Part shown: positions 61,395-64,000 of the stretch, piece by piece
Position numbering within the stretch: position 1 is the first letter of the stretch
Layout of the letters: each line of letters opens with the position of its first letter
NCBI GenBank assembly: GCA_963731655.1
Contig: CAVSWL010000003.1
Span: forward strand, 24,443-88,442
Source of the DNA: an uncultured Gammaproteobacteria bacterium
GTDB lineage: Bacteria; Pseudomonadota; Gammaproteobacteria; JAAEPA01
DNA length: 64,000 bases
Reading direction: 5' to 3'
Program-made: the position numbers and the translations under genes
The notes under the pieces: model-generated
What the model saw: only the letters and a program-made list of their open reading frames with translations
The model's database searches: none
Told to the model about the DNA's origin: nothing

Positions 61395-63113
61395 TTACTG
61401 CCGGTCAGCCAACTGCTCGACCAGCGTCTGTGTTATCGCTTCCGGAGCGACCGGTTTGACTAGATGGGCGTTGAAACCAGCTTGTTCGGTCATGCGCCGA
61501 TCGTCCTCCTGGCCCCAGCCCGTGAGCGCCACGATCAGGATGTCGGCACCCCACGGAAGTTCGCGAATTCGCCGGCAGGCGCCATAGCCGTCGAGCCGCG
61601 GCATCCCGATATCCAGCAGTATCGCATCGGGCCGGAATCGTTCCGCCACTTTCACCGCAGCCAAACCATCACGTGCCGTCTCCACTAGGTAGCCGTCTGC
61701 CTCCAGCAGCAGAGCCAAAGACTCCACCGCATCTTCGTTGTCGTCAGCCACCAGAATACGTAGCGGCGTTTTACGCTGTGTCGTGGCGGGCCGGACCTCC
61801 CGCGACGGTGCGGCCGCAGCCTGTTCCATCAGCACCGGCAAGTGCACGCTGAACTCGGAACCCTTACCGGGGCCATCACTGCTCGCTTCGATATGGCCGC
61901 CGTGCAACTCCACCAGACCGCGACTCAGCCACAGGCCGAGGCCTAGGCCGGTCTGCTTTCGGTTACGGTTCGACGCGGCGCCGAGATATGAAAACTTGCC
62001 GAATAGATGCGGCCGGTCGCGCGGGGCGATGCCGATGCCGGTATCCGACACCGTCACCACCGCCTTGCCGCCGTCGCACACGGTAGTCACGCGTATCTCA
62101 CCGCCGCGTTCGGTGTAAGTGCAAGCGTTGTTCAACAGGTTCACGAATACCTGCGTCAGGCGCACCGGATCGCCTTCGAGCAGAATCTTTCGCTTGGCCG
62201 GAACCAGAGTGACCACGTGCTCGGCATCCTCGATTTGTGGCTTTACAGCGTCCAGCGCATGGCCCAGTACTTCGGTCAGATCGACCTGCTGCTTGCGCAG
62301 TTGCAGCATGCTGCCGGTTATACGGCTGACGTCCAGCAGGTCGTCGATCAAGCGCACCATGTGACGCAGTTGGCGGTCCATCATGTCACGCGCACGCTGT
62401 CCGTACCCCTCCGGCAGATGGGTTTGATTGAGTATGTGCAGCGCATTGCTAATCGGCGCCAGCGGATTGCGTAGCTCATGCGCCAGCGTTGCCAGGAACT
62501 CGTCCTTGCGGCGATCAGCCTCCCGCAGCTTCTCCTCGGCTTGTTTGCGTTCGGTGATATCCAGGATCACCGTCAGGCACTGGCTTATCCGTCCGTCGTC
62601 ATCTTGCTGGGAGACACTCTCGACGTGTACGTGGAACGTCATGCCGCCGACGCGCAACATCTCCACTTCGCAACGCTCGCGTCCGACTTGGCTGAAGCTG
62701 CGTCGCAGGTGGCGAAAGAAGATATCGTGGTCTTTCTTAGCCACAAAATCGTACAGCCGACGCGTCGCGAGCTGCGCCCGATCAAGGCCCAGGAGTTGGG
62801 CTCCGGTGATGTTTATCTGCTCGATCTGCCCTCTCTCGTCAAGGATGAAATACCCAATCGGGGCCATGTCGAACAAGTCGGAGTAACGGTCCCTAGCGAG
62901 CTCCAGGGCGGCATGGGTCTGGCGCAATTCGTCATTCTGCATCTCCAGCTCGATGCGGTGTACCTCGAGCTCATGGATCAGCGCGCGGATCTCCGCCGCG
63001 GACAAACTGGACAGGTCTAGTTCGTCGTCTGCGCGGTGTCGTGCCAGAACCTCAGCGCGGCGGCGTAGATCCTCGAGCGTTTGCTGAGATTTTTCCTTAT
63101 TTCTGTTCATCAC
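61395..63113 (-). CDS. hybrid sensor histidine kinase/response regulator with a PAS domain
   Basis: Coiled coil plus PAS, H-box LAHELRNPLAPI, HATPase (GTGIGI-like DTGIGIAP, GLGLGLWL) and a C-terminal REC (ILVADDNEDA..DIGMPRLDG). Confidence 0.9.
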   Translation of the reverse strand: MMNRNKEKSQQTLEDLRRRAEVLARHRADDELDLSSLSAAEIRALIHELEVHRIELEMQNDELRQTHAALELARDRYSDLFDMAPIGYFILDERGQIEQINITGAQLLGLDRAQLATRRLYDFVAKKDHDIFFRHLRRSFSQVGRERCEVEMLRVGGMTFHVHVESVSQQDDDGRISQCLTVILDITERKQAEEKLREADRRKDEFLATLAHELRNPLAPISNALHILNQTHLPEGYGQRARDMMDRQLRHMVRLIDDLLDVSRITGSMLQLRKQQVDLTEVLGHALDAVKPQIEDAEHVVTLVPAKRKILLEGDPVRLTQVFVNLLNNACTYTERGGEIRVTTVCDGGKAVVTVSDTGIGIAPRDRPHLFGKFSYLGAASNRNRKQTGLGLGLWLSRGLVELHGGHIEASSDGPGKGSEFSVHLPVLMEQAAAAPSREVRPATTQRKTPLRILVADDNEDAVESLALLLEADGYLVETARDGLAAVKVAERFRPDAILLDIGMPRLDGYGACRRIRELPWGADILIVALTGWGQEDDRRMTEQAGFNAHLVKPVAPEAITQTLVEQLADRQ

Positions 63114-64000
63114 TTCTCCGCGGTCTGCGATTTTTGTCCTGCCGGCGTGAAGGTCGTCGCCTGTCCGACGGCTCTAGGATCGCCGTGACAGAATTCGCTC
63201 AATACAGGATAATTACCGAATGCGTCGCGCTCGATCTAAAGATAGCGTAGCGCCTATTCGTACTCTTTATGTTTGAGTTTGTGCCTAACTTTTTTGGGCG
63301 GGTTTTGCCCCTTGTCCTCTGATTATTTCTTTCCTCTTACTCATGTCCCTTATCTCCCGTAGACGAGTATACCCGAGAAGAATAAAAGCCCTTTTCCCTC
63401 AAGTCCACCCGCAATTTATAGACAAGTAATCAACCATCCGCCCCACTATCGCCAAGAATTCTTAGGGAATTCTGCCACCACATCAAAAAATTCACCTCAC
63501 CACGATAAAGCCATTTCCGGGCCAATCCCAACCCGCCGGGCAATGGCGATCATGAACCTTCTGAAAAGTCTTCAATTTGATATGGATTGCATTCCCTAGC
63601 CCATTGATGAAGCGGGTACCGATGAATAGCATAGCAGTAGCGACCGACTAAGGTCTGAGTCCCTAACTATCGTATCCGGGCTATAATCAACACCGCAATC
63701 GTCGAAGAGAGATCGAATCCCGAATGAAATTTGAATTGACTTGATATTGAGTCTATATCATACAGACAAACAAATATTTGGCGATCTGCGGCAATACACT
63801 GCGCCTAAACGCACCTCCGTTGCAATGCAGACTAAGCATGTCGATCGATAGCTTCTTTCGTTTGCTCATGGAAGCACCTCGTAAAAAAGCGCTCGACATC
63901 ATCCCATCGGTGATCGATATAGGCGGGACGCGGGGGGAAGGGTGCCATCAAAGGCGAGGAGTGAATCGTGCGGGTCCAGTATGACCGCCGGCTACGTGGT

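Noticed and set aside
63285-63305. TGGGCGGGTTTTGCC as a possible sigma-54 (-24/-12) promoter
   Set aside because: The GG-to-GC spacing is one nucleotide short of TGGCAC-N5-TTGC, and no plus-strand gene follows.
63778-64000. 68-aa ORF and a possible gene start (GAGGAG ... GTG/ATG) at the right edge
   Set aside because: Too short, and truncated by the window end, to support any call.

Overview
This 64-kb window reads like a proteobacterial chromosome segment, probably gammaproteobacterial, though I cannot verify the taxon. Positions 1-25.4 kb and 58.5-64 kb carry ordinary chromosomal genes: a PAS-GGDEF-EAL protein, a CheB/CheR-PAS fusion, an NtrC-type two-component pair, CopA, two tandem DUF3015 genes with DUF4105, DUF1028, aconitase AcnA, a phasin, a PhnD-like binding protein with an MCP, NADP-malic enzyme MaeB and a hybrid histidine kinase. 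Positions ~25.5-58.4 kb are a mosaic accessory zone. In order it holds IS1380-type and maeB remnants, a GC-rich Kef-type antiporter, and a decayed DUF499/DUF3780/DUF1156/PLD-helicase defence locus with an embedded mazEF-like pair. Intact amgK-murU follows, then a ~16.6-kb minus-strand defence block. That block encodes a DrmA-like DExH helicase, a DUF1998 protein with a Vsr/DUF559-like nuclease tail, an SNF2 helicase and a ~1,450-aa N6-adenine methyltransferase, followed by McrBC. It resembles DISARM class 1 but has no PLD gene. Beyond it lie a lone glycosyltransferase, a nested IS (an IS1202-group ISNCY element hit by an ISKra4-like IS), a truncated second amgK copy and a vapBC pair. The most striking non-genic signal is six arrays or palindromes built from the heptamer CGGTTAT/GATAACC. 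They sit at gene junctions of the defence operon, bracket two small foreign cassettes (PIN+Phd, and a four-helix-bundle IVS-type protein), and once lie in-frame inside the methyltransferase gene. Every large gene of the DISARM-like operon is interrupted: in-frame TAG and TGA codons, two 1-nt frameshifts, and a 208-bp MITE with a 9-bp TSD. mcrBC is intact. acnA and the cheB/cheR fusion also carry single-base frameshifts in short homopolymers, so sequencing error versus real decay must be resolved from reads. All family calls rest on motif recognition by eye; no HMM or BLAST search was run.
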